From Acidiferrobacteraceae bacterium (lineage in GTDB: Bacteria; Pseudomonadota; Gammaproteobacteria; Acidiferrobacterales; SZUA-150): a stretch of DNA of 64,000 nucleotides. The notes beneath the pieces were generated by a model. It was not told the origin of the DNA, did not search any database, and saw only the letters and a program-made list of their open reading frames with translations. Position 1 is the stretch's first letter, and every line of letters starts with the position of its first letter. Shown piece after piece: positions 9,097 to 19,897 of this stretch. The position numbers were made by a program, and so were the translations under genes. The stretch is taken from NCBI GenBank assembly GCA_003228915.1, contig QIGL01000052.1, positions 13,090-77,089 of the forward strand, read 5' to 3'.

Positions 9097-9298
9097 TCTT
9101 TTGATCGTAAACTCCTGGACGGGTTTCCCCGATTAATCCAGGCCGCGGCTGAGGCTCAATGGCCGCGTGTACGCAACTACTCCGATTACCAGTGTATCCC
9201 TTATAGGGTGAGTGTGTTTTTCAATTCAAAACTGACCGAATATCGGTAATTTTGGGTTTATTCTGCTTGTTATACCCCTACCCACTATTCCTCAAGCG

Positions 9299-9328
9299 CT
9301 TGAATGTACAAATAAAAGTCCCCATGAA
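9299..9328 (+). promoter_or_regulatory. Sigma-32 (RpoH) heat-shock promoter candidate for lon
   Basis: CTTGAAT, 14 nt, then CCCCATGA. Compare the consensus CTTGAAA-N13-15-CCCCATNT. Lies about 110 nt upstream of the lon ATG. Confidence 0.6.
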
Positions 9329-9438
9329 GTCACTAATGTCACTAGTACAGACAAATAGGCACGTCTTCAGAATAATGCTAGGCTTAATTTAGTGCGCGAG
9401 GGTGACCAGCGTATTTATAACGACTAAAACAGGGTGAG

Positions 9439-11892
9439 ATGAGTAAAAATATGACAACCGATGAAAATGATGAGAATCAGCTAACCACAGAAGAGATGTC
9501 AGACGCGATACCTGGAAATTTACCGGTGTTACCGCTTCGGGATGTAGTCGTTTTCCCGCACATGGTCATTCCTTTATTTGTGGGCCGTAAAAAATCTATC
9601 GTGGCGCTTGAAAAGGCCATGGAAGAAGGTAAAAAAATCATGTTGGCGGCACAGAAAAGTGCTTCTGATGACGACCCTGACATCGAACAGATTCACCGAA
9701 TCGGCACGGTAGCCGGAATTCTGCAATTGCTTAAGTTGCCAGACGGCACAGTCAAGGTACTGGTTGAGGGCGATCAGCGAGCAGTGATCACCGACTATAC
9801 CGAAAAAGAAACCTGCTTCATTGCTGACATCGACATGCTTGATGATGCAATGACGAAACCCGAGGAACACGAAGCCCTGATGCGTTCGGTGTTATCGGAG
9901 TTTGATCAGTACGTAAAACTTAACATGAAAATCCCGCCAGAAATTCTGACTTCAGTCAATAATATTGAAGAGCCGGGCAGGCTGGCCGATACCATTGCTG
10001 CACATTTAAGCCTCAAGATAGACGAGAAGCAGGAAATTCTCGAGATGTGTGATGTCCACGAGCGTCTCGAACAAATTTTATCTGTCATGGATTCAGAAAT
10101 AGATTTGCTGCAGGTTGAGAAACGAATCCGTGGTCGCGTCAAAAGACAAATGGAAAAAAGCCAGCGCGAATACTATTTGAATGAACAAATGAAGGCCATC
10201 CAAAAAGAACTTGGCGACATGGATGAAGCGCCAAACGAAATTGAAGAGCTGAAAAAGAAAATTGAAACATCGGGTATGACCAAGGAGGCCAGGGAGAAGG
10301 TCGATGCTGAATTAAATAAAATGAAAATGATGTCACCCATGTCAGCAGAAGCGACCGTGGTGCGTAATTATATTGACACAATTATTAATGTCCCATGGAA
10401 AAAACGTTCAAAAATTACCAAAGACATCCAAAAGGCCGAAGTTGTACTTGAAGAAGACCATTATGGCCTGGAAAAAGTCAAAGAACGAATCCTTGAGTAC
10501 CTTGCTGTTCAGCAACGGGTGAAAAAATTAAAGGGACCCATTCTTTGCCTGGTAGGACCTCCTGGCGTCGGTAAAACTTCACTTGGCCGTTCTATTGCCC
10601 GGGCAACCAACCGAAAATTTATCAGGATGGCCCTGGGCGGGGTCAGGGACGAGGCCGAGATTCGTGGCCACCGTCGGACCTATATCGGCTCAATGCCGGG
10701 CAAGATTATCCAGAACCTGAGCAAGGTCAAGGTTCGTAACCCGCTGCTCATGCTTGATGAAGTAGATAAAATGTCTACGGATTTTCGGGGCGATCCTTCT
10801 TCAGCACTTTTAGAGGTGCTGGATCCTGAACAAAACCATACCTTTGGCGATCACTACCTGGAAGTGGATTACGATTTGTCAGATGTCATGTTTGTTGCTA
10901 CTGCCAATACATTGAATATCCCGGGACCATTGCTGGATCGCATGGAAGTAATTCGATTATCCGGTTATACGGAAGATGAGAAAGTAAACATCGCCAAGCG
11001 TTATCTCGTTTCCAAGCAAATGAAAAATAACGGGCTGACAACGTCTGAAATTGAAATTGCTGACGAGGTGCTGCAGGATATTGTCCGTTATTACACCCGC
11101 GAAGCCGGGGTCCGAAATCTTGAACGTGAGATATCAAAAATATTCAGAAAAGTGGCAAAAGAATTGCTAATTGATAAAGACAAAAAAATCAGCGTCACCT
11201 CCGATAATCTTGAGACTTACCTGGGCGTAAAACAATTCCGTTACGGGATGGTTGAAGAGAACAACCAGGTTGGCCAGGTAACGGGCCTGGCCTGGACAGA
11301 AGTAGGCGGTGAGTTGCTGACTGTAGAAAGCGCCATCATGCCTGGTAAAGGCAAGCTGACCATCACTGGCAAACTCGGTGATGTCATGCAGGAGTCCATC
11401 CAGGCGGCAATGAGCGTCGTCCGCAGCCGTGTTGATGTATTGGGCATAGACCCTGATTTTTATCAAAAATACGATATCCATATTCATGTGCCTGAGGGGG
11501 CTACCCCAAAAGATGGTCCAAGCGCTGGTGTCGCGATGTGTACTGCCATGGTGTCATCTTTGACCAGCATACCGGTGCGGGCAGATGTTGCCATGACGGG
11601 CGAGATTACGCTGCGCGGTGAGGTGTTGCCTATTGGCGGATTGAAAGAAAAATTGCTGGCTGCGCACCGGGGTGGAACCAAAATAGTGCTTATTCCTGAA
11701 GAAAATCGTAAGGACCTGGCAGAGATTCCGGAGAATGTGCTGGCAGCGCTTGATATCAGGCCGGTCAAATGGGTGGACCAGGTGCTGGAAACCGCCCTTG
11801 AATACATGCCTGAATCGAATTCACCTAAAACGTCACCATCGTCAGCAGGTGACAAAAAACAGAAAAACGAAAATTCTGTCATAAAGCATTAA
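9439..11892 (+). CDS. lon: Lon protease
   Basis: 817 aa. LON N-domain, Walker [10 protein letters not shown], catalytic-Ser motif PKDGPSAG. Confidence 0.97.
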   Translation: MSKNMTTDENDENQLTTEEMSDAIPGNLPVLPLRDVVVFPHMVIPLFVGRKKSIVALEKAMEEGKKIMLAAQKSASDDDPDIEQIHRIGTVAGILQLLKLPDGTVKVLVEGDQRAVITDYTEKETCFIADIDMLDDAMTKPEEHEALMRSVLSEFDQYVKLNMKIPPEILTSVNNIEEPGRLADTIAAHLSLKIDEKQEILEMCDVHERLEQILSVMDSEIDLLQVEKRIRGRVKRQMEKSQREYYLNEQMKAIQKELGDMDEAPNEIEELKKKIETSGMTKEAREKVDAELNKMKMMSPMSAEATVVRNYIDTIINVPWKKRSKITKDIQKAEVVLEEDHYGLEKVKERILEYLAVQQRVKKLKGPILCLVGPPGVGKTSLGRSIARATNRKFIRMALGGVRDEAEIRGHRRTYIGSMPGKIIQNLSKVKVRNPLLMLDEVDKMSTDFRGDPSSALLEVLDPEQNHTFGDHYLEVDYDLSDVMFVATANTLNIPGPLLDRMEVIRLSGYTEDEKVNIAKRYLVSKQMKNNGLTTSEIEIADEVLQDIVRYYTREAGVRNLEREISKIFRKVAKELLIDKDKKISVTSDNLETYLGVKQFRYGMVEENNQVGQVTGLAWTEVGGELLTVESAIMPGKGKLTITGKLGDVMQESIQAAMSVVRSRVDVLGIDPDFYQKYDIHIHVPEGATPKDGPSAGVAMCTAMVSSLTSIPVRADVAMTGEITLRGEVLPIGGLKEKLLAAHRGGTKIVLIPEENRKDLAEIPENVLAALDIRPVKWVDQVLETALEYMPESNSPKTSPSSAGDKKQKNENSVIKH

Positions 11893-11919
11893 CAAGAAGT
11901 TGTTACGATGCCTGGTCGC

Positions 11920-11945
11920 GGGGCCCGTCAGGGCCCCTGTTTATT
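11920..11945 (+). terminator. Rho-independent terminator after lon
   Basis: Stem ggggccc, loop GTCA, stem gggcccc, followed by tgtttatt. Confidence 0.6.
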
Positions 11946-12099
11946 CCAAAATACAGGTGTTTTTCGCTTAACTTATCCTTGAAAACACAATAATTTAAAG
12001 CTGGAAAAGGCCTAAAGGATGTCTTAAACTAGCGCGCCTCCAGCTTGCCCGAGGGCAGCTTGTTTGAGGATTTTATTATAAAAGTCGGGTATTAAAGTC

Positions 12100-12175
12100 G
12101 GGTGCTTAGCTCAGTTGGTAGAGCGTCGCCCTTACAAGGCGAATGTCGGGGGTTCAAGTCCCTCAGCACCCACCA
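12100..12175 (+). tRNA. tRNA-Val (anticodon TAC)
   Basis: Acceptor gggtgct/agcaccc, anticodon loop CTTACAA, CCA end. Confidence 0.9.
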
Positions 12176-12227
12176 AACTAAACGTGCGTACTAATTATAT
12201 AGTAAATGTAGGCATGAGCAGTTTTCC

Positions 12228-12304
12228 GGAGCGGTAGTTCAGTTGGTTAGAATACCGGCCTGTCACGCCGGTGGTCGCGGGTTCGAGTCCCGTCCGCTCC
12301 GCCA
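12228..12304 (+). tRNA. tRNA-Asp (anticodon GTC)
   Basis: Acceptor ggagcgg/ccgctcc, anticodon loop CTGTCAC, CCA end. Confidence 0.9.
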
Positions 12305-12334
12305 ATTTTAAGTGGCAATTTTTAGGCAAACAAC

Positions 12335-12366
12335 AAAGGCGAGTTTATGAACTCGCCTTTTCTTTG
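12335..12366 (+). terminator. Terminator hairpin after tRNA-Asp
   Basis: Stem aaaggcgagt, loop TTATGA, stem actcgccttt, followed by tctttg. Confidence 0.5.
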
Positions 12367-12389
12367 CAAGTAATGTAATAATAATAACC

Positions 12390-14291
12390 ATGCTGATATC
12401 GATTCGTGAAAAAACTCAAGGTCTTGTAGCAGGCTTCATTGTCATGGTGATTATCCTGGTATTTGCGCTATGGGGTGTGAATTCATACTTTGCAGGTGAC
12501 TCCGAAAAGATTGTTGCCGAGGGCAACGGTATAAAAATTCCACATCACGTATACAAAAGTGCTTACGATAATATAGCCGCTAAACAACGAGGACGGATTC
12601 CGCAATCTGTGCTTGATAGCCCGTTTTACAAGCAACAGATAGTTGAAAGGCTCATAAAGGAAACATTGCTTACAAAATATGTGCATGAGTCTGGTTATAG
12701 ATTAAGCGATAAGGTCCTGGGTAAAAAAATCAGGGAGCAGACATATTTTCAAAAAGAAAATTTGTTTAATCCTGAGTTGTATAAAATTGCATTACGGTCA
12801 TCACAGCTCTCACCCGCTCAGTACGAGGAGCAATTGCGCGGCGATCTAATGGTAGGTCAATTAACTTCCGGGTATATTAAAAGCTCGTTTACAATTGATA
12901 ACGAAGTTAATCAATTACTGCAACTGGGACTGCAGGAAAGAGATATTGAGTATATTGAAATAAAACCTGAAAACTTTAAAAAAACCATTACCGTTAAAAA
13001 GAAAAATATTCAGGCGTTTTATGAAAAAAATAAATTAAATTACCAGACTACTGAAAAACTAAAGATCCAGTACGTGACATTGTCAGCAAAAGAACTGGCA
13101 GAAGATTACAAGCCAACATTGGCTGAATTAAAAGAAGCTTACGAAACGGGTACCGGGCTGGTGACGCCTGCCAGGCGATGGGCCAGTCACATACTTGTAG
13201 AAGTAGCAAAAGGTGCAAGCAAAGAGATAGAAGCCGAGGCACTTAAAAAGGCCGAAAAACTGGCGCAAGACATTAAAAAGGGTAAACGCTTTGCCAGCGC
13301 GGCAAAAAAATATTCTGATGATAAGGGCAGTGCAGTTCAGGGTGGAGATCTGGGCGAAGTAGGTAATGGTGTAATGGTCAAGGAATTTGAGGCAGTTCTA
13401 AATGGCATGACAAAACTTGGCGCCGTAAGCAAACCAGTGCGAACACAATATGGCTATCATCTCATTAAGCTTACTAAATACATCCCTGAAAAAAGAAAAC
13501 CGTTTAAAGAAGTAAAAGCGCAGCTTGAAGAAACAGTGCGCAGACAAGTCGGTGAAAAGAAGTTTTTTGATGCCTCGCCTGATTTTTTCAATATTGTCTA
13601 CGAACAGCCTGACAGTCTGAAGCCTGTTGCAGAAGCGCTGGGGTTAAAAATTAAAACAAGTGCCTGGTTTTCCAGGCAAGGCGGCAAAGGCATTGCTGCG
13701 GACCAGAAAATAGTGGTAGCTGCCTATCATCCAGATGTTTTGGAAGCCGGCAGGAATAGCGAAGCGATTGAGATTGACGATACGACACTGGTAGCCGTCA
13801 GATTACTGGAGCACAAGCAAAAACAGCAAAAACCTCTTTCAGATGTAGAATCAGAGATTAAGAATATATTGAAAAATCAGTTGGCCCTGAAAAAAGTAGC
13901 GGAGTTGCAAGAAAAGATATTGAGTGACCTCAAAAACAAAAATGACTTGAAATTAATCGCAAAAAAATACAAATTAAGTGTAAAAGCTGGCAAGCGACTT
14001 GTTCGAAATATATCTAAAGATGTAGACAAGCGAATAATTGAACAGGTATTTTCCATGAAAATACCCAAAGACGGAAAAATGGTTATTGGCGAAGTAAATT
14101 TAGGCGGGCAAGGGGTCGCAGTTATTGGGCTTAAAGCAGTTCGCGCCGGCGATGCAAGTAAAGCAGATAAGGCCATGCGATTACGCGCGCAGGAGCTCTT
14201 GTATAAAAGACACGGCGAAGATTATTTTCAGGCTTTTATAGAAGATTTGCGAAAGCAAACAAAAGTTAAGGTTATCACGAACAACCTTTAG
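12390..14291 (+). CDS. ppiD: Periplasmic chaperone / peptidyl-prolyl isomerase PpiD
   Basis: 633 aa. N-terminal TM anchor, parvulin-like segment (ASHILV...GGDLG...YGYHLIKL). Position after lon as in enterobacteria. Confidence 0.9.
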   Translation: MLISIREKTQGLVAGFIVMVIILVFALWGVNSYFAGDSEKIVAEGNGIKIPHHVYKSAYDNIAAKQRGRIPQSVLDSPFYKQQIVERLIKETLLTKYVHESGYRLSDKVLGKKIREQTYFQKENLFNPELYKIALRSSQLSPAQYEEQLRGDLMVGQLTSGYIKSSFTIDNEVNQLLQLGLQERDIEYIEIKPENFKKTITVKKKNIQAFYEKNKLNYQTTEKLKIQYVTLSAKELAEDYKPTLAELKEAYETGTGLVTPARRWASHILVEVAKGASKEIEAEALKKAEKLAQDIKKGKRFASAAKKYSDDKGSAVQGGDLGEVGNGVMVKEFEAVLNGMTKLGAVSKPVRTQYGYHLIKLTKYIPEKRKPFKEVKAQLEETVRRQVGEKKFFDASPDFFNIVYEQPDSLKPVAEALGLKIKTSAWFSRQGGKGIAADQKIVVAAYHPDVLEAGRNSEAIEIDDTTLVAVRLLEHKQKQQKPLSDVESEIKNILKNQLALKKVAELQEKILSDLKNKNDLKLIAKKYKLSVKAGKRLVRNISKDVDKRIIEQVFSMKIPKDGKMVIGEVNLGGQGVAVIGLKAVRAGDASKADKAMRLRAQELLYKRHGEDYFQAFIEDLRKQTKVKVITNNL

Positions 14292-14344
14292 GGGTTAGGC
14301 ACTTAGGTAATTTGGTTCTTTGGTTCTTTGGTTTTATTTCTGCC

Positions 14345-15124
14345 TTATTTGCCAAGCGCGATGGTGCTGAAGCCTGCATCCACATAGGTAATTTCGCCAG
14401 TAATGCCCGATGCAAGATCGGAGCATAAAAAGGCCGCCGTATTTCCCACTTCATCGATAGTAACACTGCGGCGCAGTGGTGAATTATTATCATAAAAAGC
14501 CATAATAGTTCTGAAATCGCCAATTCCCGCAGCTGCCAGGGTCTTGATGGGCCCGGCCGAAATACCATTGACCCGAATACCTTCAGGACCCAGCGCGCTG
14601 GCAAGGTAGCGAACATTGGCTTCCAGGCTGGCCTTGGCAAGCCCCATGACATTGTAATTAGCCATGGACCTGACGGCGCCGATATAACTTAGCGTCAGCA
14701 TACTGCCGTTTCTGCCCTGCATCATGTTCCTGCCCGCCTTAGCCAGTGCAGCAAAACTGTAGGAGCTGATTTCATGGGCAATCTTGAAGCCTTCTCGTGT
14801 TACCGCATCAACAAAAGAGCCTGACAATTGTTCTCTTGGCGCAAAAGCCACCGAATGGATAATAATATCGAGACCATCCCAGTAATCATCAAGGCGAGAA
14901 AAAACCTTTTCGATTTCGTCGTCACTGGCGACATCACAGGGCAGGACAATATCTGAATCTACCTGGGCGGCAACTTTTTCAACACGTTGTTTGAGCTTTT
15001 CATTTTGATAGGTAAAGGCAAGATCAGCCCCTTCCCGGTGCATGGCCTTGGCGATACCCCAGGCAATGGATCGTTCACCTGCAACGCCAACAATCAAAGC
15101 CCGCTTACCCTTTAAAAATCCCAT
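14345..15124 (-). CDS. fabI: Enoyl-ACP reductase (NADH) FabI
   Basis: 259 aa. N-terminus [22 protein letters not shown] and the SYxGA...[12 protein letters not shown] catalytic region. Confidence 0.95.
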   Translation of the reverse strand: MGFLKGKRALIVGVAGERSIAWGIAKAMHREGADLAFTYQNEKLKQRVEKVAAQVDSDIVLPCDVASDDEIEKVFSRLDDYWDGLDIIIHSVAFAPREQLSGSFVDAVTREGFKIAHEISSYSFAALAKAGRNMMQGRNGSMLTLSYIGAVRSMANYNVMGLAKASLEANVRYLASALGPEGIRVNGISAGPIKTLAAAGIGDFRTIMAFYDNNSPLRRSVTIDEVGNTAAFLCSDLASGITGEITYVDAGFSTIALGK

Positions 15125-15302
15125 ATAAATTCCCCTGAAAAAGCACCTGAAATTGTTATTCGTGTAATGTATTTATTGTGCATTCTAACCGGAAGGGCGC
15201 GTCAGCTCCAGCATCACTAATGTCTGTCAATTAATGTGGTGAATTTGGTATCCGGAAGATAGGCAGTTATCATGAGCTGATGACAAATGTTTATAATAAA
15301 TT

Positions 15303-17450
15303 ATGGTGCCTTTTTACAAAGCCTTAATCATTAGCGTCCTTACCGGCATGGTATCGGTTGTTCAGGCACAATGGAACAACCCGTATCCCGTAGCCTCTGC
15401 CGGTAAAAATATTATGTATTCGTTTTTTAGAGAGCGGCCAAAAACGCTGGATCCGGCAAGATCTTATAGTTCCAACGAGTATGTATTTGTTGCCCAAATA
15501 TATGAGCCACCGTTTCAATACAACTACCTGAAGCGCCCTTATGAGCTGGAACCGCTCACCGCTGTCAGCGTACCCAGACCGGTTTACCTGGATAAACAAA
15601 ACCGGCAGTTACCTGCAAACGCGGACAAAGAAAAAATAGCATACAGCGTATACCGGGTACGACTAAAAAAAGGCATTCAATATCAGCCCCATCCGGCATT
15701 TGCAAAAAATGACGACGGAACATTGTATTATGATGGTATTAACGAAAATACCCTGGATAACATCGATGATATTGCTGGATTTAAAAAACGGGGCTCAAGA
15801 GAGTTAATTGCCAGTGATTATATTTACCAGATAAAACGTTTGGCAAATCCATCTCTGCATAGCCCAATCTATGGGCTCATGAGTCAGTATATTGTTGGCT
15901 TAAAAGATTTTCGTACAAGGTTGCTGAATGCCAAAAAAATTACAGATAAACCAGATCTCGAAAAGTTTTCGTTAAGTGGCGTTAAACTTATTGATAGATA
16001 TACCTATGAAATAAAAATTAAAGGAAAATATCCCCAGTTTATTTTCTGGATGGCCATGCCATTTTTTGCGCCCATGCCACCCGAAGCCGACAAATTTTTT
16101 TCGCAACCAGGTATGAAAGAAAAAAATATTACGCTGGACTGGTATGCTGTAGGTACCGGTGCTTATATGCTGACAGTAAACGATCCTAACCGGAAAATGG
16201 TGCTCGCGCGCAATCCCAACTACCACGAGGAATCCTATCCGGCCCAGGGCGAAAAAAATGACCAGCAGGCAGGCTTGCTAAAAGATGCCGGTAAATTATT
16301 GCCCCTCATTGATCGAATTGAATTTAGCCTCGAAAAAGAAAGCATACCGAACTGGAATAAGTTTATGCAGGGATATTATGATTTGTCGGGCATTAGTGCA
16401 GAAGCATTTGATCAGGCAGTCCAGTTTTCGTCGGGCGGAGATACAGAGGTAACCGATGATATGAAGGATCGCGGTATAAAATTATCAACCAGTGTCGCAA
16501 CTTCAGTATATTATTTTGGCTTTAATATGCTGGACCCGGTTGTTGGTGGTACCAGCGAAAGGGCAAGAAAGTTGAGACAAGCCATCTCCATAGCAATTGA
16601 TTTTGAAGAATTTATATCAATATTTCGTAATGGACGAGGATTGGCAGCTCAGGGCCCAATCCCGCCCGGTATATTTGGTGCCGCAGACGGACAGAAGGGT
16701 CTTAATAAATATGTCTACGATTGGGTAAATGGAAAGAACAAGAGAAAAAATATCCTGGCTGCAAAAAAACTTTTGGCAGAGGCGGGCTACCCGGATGGGG
16801 TTGACAAGAAAAATGGCAAAAAACTCTTGCTGCACTATGATACAAGCGGTACCAGCCCCGAAGAAAAATCAAAACTGGACTGGATAAGAAAACAATTCAG
16901 GAAACTTAATATTGAGCTTGTTATTAGAAGTACGGACTATAATCGTTTTCAGGAAAAAATGCGCAAAGGTACAGCGCAAATGTATATGTGGGGCTGGAAT
17001 GCAGATTATCCCGATCCCGAGAATTTTTTATTTTTACTATATGGTCCGAACAAGAAGGTTGGCCTGAATGGCGAGAACGCATCGAATTATGATAATCCCG
17101 CGTTCAATCGCCTGTTTGAAAAAATGAAAGATATTGAAAATAGCCCACAGAGATTATCACTGATTAACAGGATGCTTGAAATACTACGCAGGGATGCGCC
17201 CTGGTCATGGGGTTTTTTCCCAAAGGATTTTACTTTACAGCATGCCTGGGTCAAGAATAAAAAATCGAATCTGATGGCAAATAATACGCTGAAATATTTA
17301 AGGCTGGACCCGGTGCTACGCGAAATAAAAAGAGAGGAATGGAACCAGCCCGTGGTCTGGCCTATATTAGTTTTCATTTTGTTATTAATCGCAAGCATCA
17401 TTCCTGCCGTGTTGGTTTACAGAAAACATGAGCGCCAGGCCGCACTATGA
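15303..17450 (+). CDS. ABC transporter substrate-binding protein, peptide/nickel family 5 (YejA-like), with a C-terminal TM helix
   Basis: Signal peptide (VLTGMVSVVQA/Q), family-5 SBP-like body, C-terminal hydrophobic helix WPILVFILLLIASIIPAVLVY. First gene of a four-gene ABC unit. Confidence 0.85.
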   Translation: MVPFYKALIISVLTGMVSVVQAQWNNPYPVASAGKNIMYSFFRERPKTLDPARSYSSNEYVFVAQIYEPPFQYNYLKRPYELEPLTAVSVPRPVYLDKQNRQLPANADKEKIAYSVYRVRLKKGIQYQPHPAFAKNDDGTLYYDGINENTLDNIDDIAGFKKRGSRELIASDYIYQIKRLANPSLHSPIYGLMSQYIVGLKDFRTRLLNAKKITDKPDLEKFSLSGVKLIDRYTYEIKIKGKYPQFIFWMAMPFFAPMPPEADKFFSQPGMKEKNITLDWYAVGTGAYMLTVNDPNRKMVLARNPNYHEESYPAQGEKNDQQAGLLKDAGKLLPLIDRIEFSLEKESIPNWNKFMQGYYDLSGISAEAFDQAVQFSSGGDTEVTDDMKDRGIKLSTSVATSVYYFGFNMLDPVVGGTSERARKLRQAISIAIDFEEFISIFRNGRGLAAQGPIPPGIFGAADGQKGLNKYVYDWVNGKNKRKNILAAKKLLAEAGYPDGVDKKNGKKLLLHYDTSGTSPEEKSKLDWIRKQFRKLNIELVIRSTDYNRFQEKMRKGTAQMYMWGWNADYPDPENFLFLLYGPNKKVGLNGENASNYDNPAFNRLFEKMKDIENSPQRLSLINRMLEILRRDAPWSWGFFPKDFTLQHAWVKNKKSNLMANNTLKYLRLDPVLREIKREEWNQPVVWPILVFILLLIASIIPAVLVYRKHERQAAL

Positions 17451-18424
17451 TTGCCTATATTATTCGACGCCTTTTGTATGCTATCCCGATACTAATTGGT
17501 ATTAATCTTTTGACCTTTACATTGTTTTTTATGGTCAACTCTCCAGATGATATGGCCCGGGTTCATTTGGGCGTTAAACGGGTGACAACAGAAGCAATAG
17601 AGGCGTGGAAAACAGATCGTGGATATGACAAACCGTTACTCTACAATTACAAAGAAAGCGGAATAAAATCATTCAGTAATACAATATTTTTTCAACACAC
17701 TGTACGTTTGTTCGTCCTGGACTTTGGTCGTGCTGATGATGGCAGAGATATTGGCAGGGATATACGCCAACGCATGTGGCCAAGCCTGGCAATAGCAGTA
17801 CCCACTTTTATTGTTGGCATATTGCTAAACATAACTTTTGCAATGTTACTGGCATTCTTTCGCGGCACCTATGTTGATGTTTGGGGCGTAGTTTTAAGTG
17901 TTGCCATGATGTCCATATCAATAATGTTCTACATTATCCTGGGACAGTTAATAATGAGCAAACTTTGGCACCTGTTGCCGATCTCTGGTTATGACTCAGG
18001 GTTAAGGGCATTAAAATTTTTAATTCTACCGGTAATTATTGGCGTAGTTAGCGGTATTGGTGCTGGCAGCAGGTTATATCGTACATTTTACCTGGAGGAG
18101 ATAAACAAGGATTATGTGCGTACGGCACGCGCCAAGGGTTTATCTTCATTGCAGGTATTATTCAAACATGTACTAAGAAACGCAATGGTTCCGATACTGA
18201 CAGGCGTTGTCGCAATCATCCCATTATTATTTATGGGTAGTCTTGTTATGGAATCATTTTTTGGTATTCCAGGCCTGGGTAGCTACACAATAGATGCCAT
18301 TAATCAGCAAGACTTTGCAATCGTACGGGCGATGGTTTTTCTGGGATCAATACTTTATATTTTTGGCCTGGTGTTAACGGATATAAGTTACACACTGGTT
18401 GATCCCAGAGTACGCCTGGAATGA
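17447..18424 (+). CDS. ABC transporter permease (YejB/DppB-like)
   Basis: 325 aa, multi-TM, EAA-type loop YVRTARAKGLS. 4-nt overlap with the upstream gene. Confidence 0.9.
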   Translation: MIAYIIRRLLYAIPILIGINLLTFTLFFMVNSPDDMARVHLGVKRVTTEAIEAWKTDRGYDKPLLYNYKESGIKSFSNTIFFQHTVRLFVLDFGRADDGRDIGRDIRQRMWPSLAIAVPTFIVGILLNITFAMLLAFFRGTYVDVWGVVLSVAMMSISIMFYIILGQLIMSKLWHLLPISGYDSGLRALKFLILPVIIGVVSGIGAGSRLYRTFYLEEINKDYVRTARAKGLSSLQVLFKHVLRNAMVPILTGVVAIIPLLFMGSLVMESFFGIPGLGSYTIDAINQQDFAIVRAMVFLGSILYIFGLVLTDISYTLVDPRVRLE

Positions 18425-18455
18425 GAGTATATTTTAAAATGAGGTTGCACCTGTT

Positions 18456-19895
18456 TTGCTAGATTTTACATTTAAAATACTGGTCACAGATGCGTTGTTG
18501 TATTTATTAGTTACAGCAATAATTATATTTATTGTTTATGCGCGCAAGCATGAACACCTGAGTGCACCCTGGCGACAAATAAAAAATAAAAAACTGGCCA
18601 TGTCTGCTCTTGTTATTTTGGGTTTTTTTGTAATAACAGGTTTCCTGGATTCAGTACATATCAGGCAGGAAATCAAGATAGATAATACAAGCAAGAACCA
18701 GCAACAAGTGGCGCAATATTCAAACGAGGTTTTAAGCCTGCTTGATTTACTCCTGACAAAAATGAGACAACAAACCGAAAAAACATATTCAGCGCCATTT
18801 GCCATAAACAGTTTTACAAAAGAGGTCGCTGATGGCGAACAGGGAAAACCAGTACTTTATTATCCCCGCCTTAAATATGGCGGCGCCCATTTGCAGGCAC
18901 AGGATTCCCGAATTTATGATATCGGCAAAAGATTGCTGTGGGCATTATTCTGGACATTGTCGGTGCTTGTATTTTGTATATTACTGATCGCCAAAATAAC
19001 AGACTCAAAAAATAATATTGAAAACAAACATATTAATATAGCGACAAGACTGAAAAATATTATTAGCGGTAATACCAATACACCATGGCTGACTATTCTG
19101 CTGGTTATGTCGATACCGGTCTTTTTTATCTCCTCTATCGCGGAGCTTGGGCCGTATTATCATATAATGGGCACGGACCAGGTGGGCAATGATGTTTTGT
19201 ATAAATCCATCAAAAGCATTCGTACCGGGCTTTTAATTGGCACCTTAACAACACTGATTATTTTGCCATTTGCAGTAGTTTTTGGTATCACCGCTGGTTA
19301 CTTTCGTGGCTGGGTAGATGACTTAATTCAATATATATATACCACCCTGAGTTCTATCCCCAGTGTGCTGCTTATTGTGGCGGCAATATTGAGCCTGCAG
19401 GTTTATATGACGAATAATCCCGAATCGTTTGCAACATTAATTGACCGTTCAGATATCAGGCTGCTCTTTTTAGTGATGATTTTGGGCGTCACGAGCTGGA
19501 CCGGACTCTGTCGACTATTGCGGGCAGAAACCATGAAACTCAGGGAGTTGGATTACATCCAGGCAGCTAACTCTCTGGGCGTCCGCCATCGAAGAATCAT
19601 GTCGCGACATATTTTCCCTAACTTGATGCACATCGTACTTATTACCGTTGTTCTGGATTTTAGTGGCCTGGTGCTGGCAGAAGCAGTCTTGTCCTATATT
19701 GGGGTCGGCGTTGATCCCACTATGGATAGCTGGGGAAACATGATTAATGGTGCTCGTCTTGAGATGGCACGTGAGCCCCTGGTCTGGTGGAATTTGACAG
19801 CGGCATTCGTATTTATGTTTATCCTGGTGTTGGCTGCAAATATTTTTTCGGATGCAGTTCGTGATGCGTTTGATCCACGGTTACGAAAGGCGTAA
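18456..19895 (+). CDS. ABC transporter permease (YejE/DppC-like) with a long N-terminal extension
   Basis: 479 aa. The C-terminal ~270 aa is DppC-like (YIQAANSLGVRHRRIMSRHIFPN). The N-terminal ~200 aa is an extra TM plus loop region. Confidence 0.85.
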   Translation: MLDFTFKILVTDALLYLLVTAIIIFIVYARKHEHLSAPWRQIKNKKLAMSALVILGFFVITGFLDSVHIRQEIKIDNTSKNQQQVAQYSNEVLSLLDLLLTKMRQQTEKTYSAPFAINSFTKEVADGEQGKPVLYYPRLKYGGAHLQAQDSRIYDIGKRLLWALFWTLSVLVFCILLIAKITDSKNNIENKHINIATRLKNIISGNTNTPWLTILLVMSIPVFFISSIAELGPYYHIMGTDQVGNDVLYKSIKSIRTGLLIGTLTTLIILPFAVVFGITAGYFRGWVDDLIQYIYTTLSSIPSVLLIVAAILSLQVYMTNNPESFATLIDRSDIRLLFLVMILGVTSWTGLCRLLRAETMKLRELDYIQAANSLGVRHRRIMSRHIFPNLMHIVLITVVLDFSGLVLAEAVLSYIGVGVDPTMDSWGNMINGARLEMAREPLVWWNLTAAFVFMFILVLAANIFSDAVRDAFDPRLRKA

Positions 19896-19897
19896 GC

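Noticed and set aside
14292-14344. tttggttc tandem (x3) between the convergent ppiD and fabI genes
   Set aside because: Very short and low-complexity, located in a 3'-3' spacer. No evidence of function.
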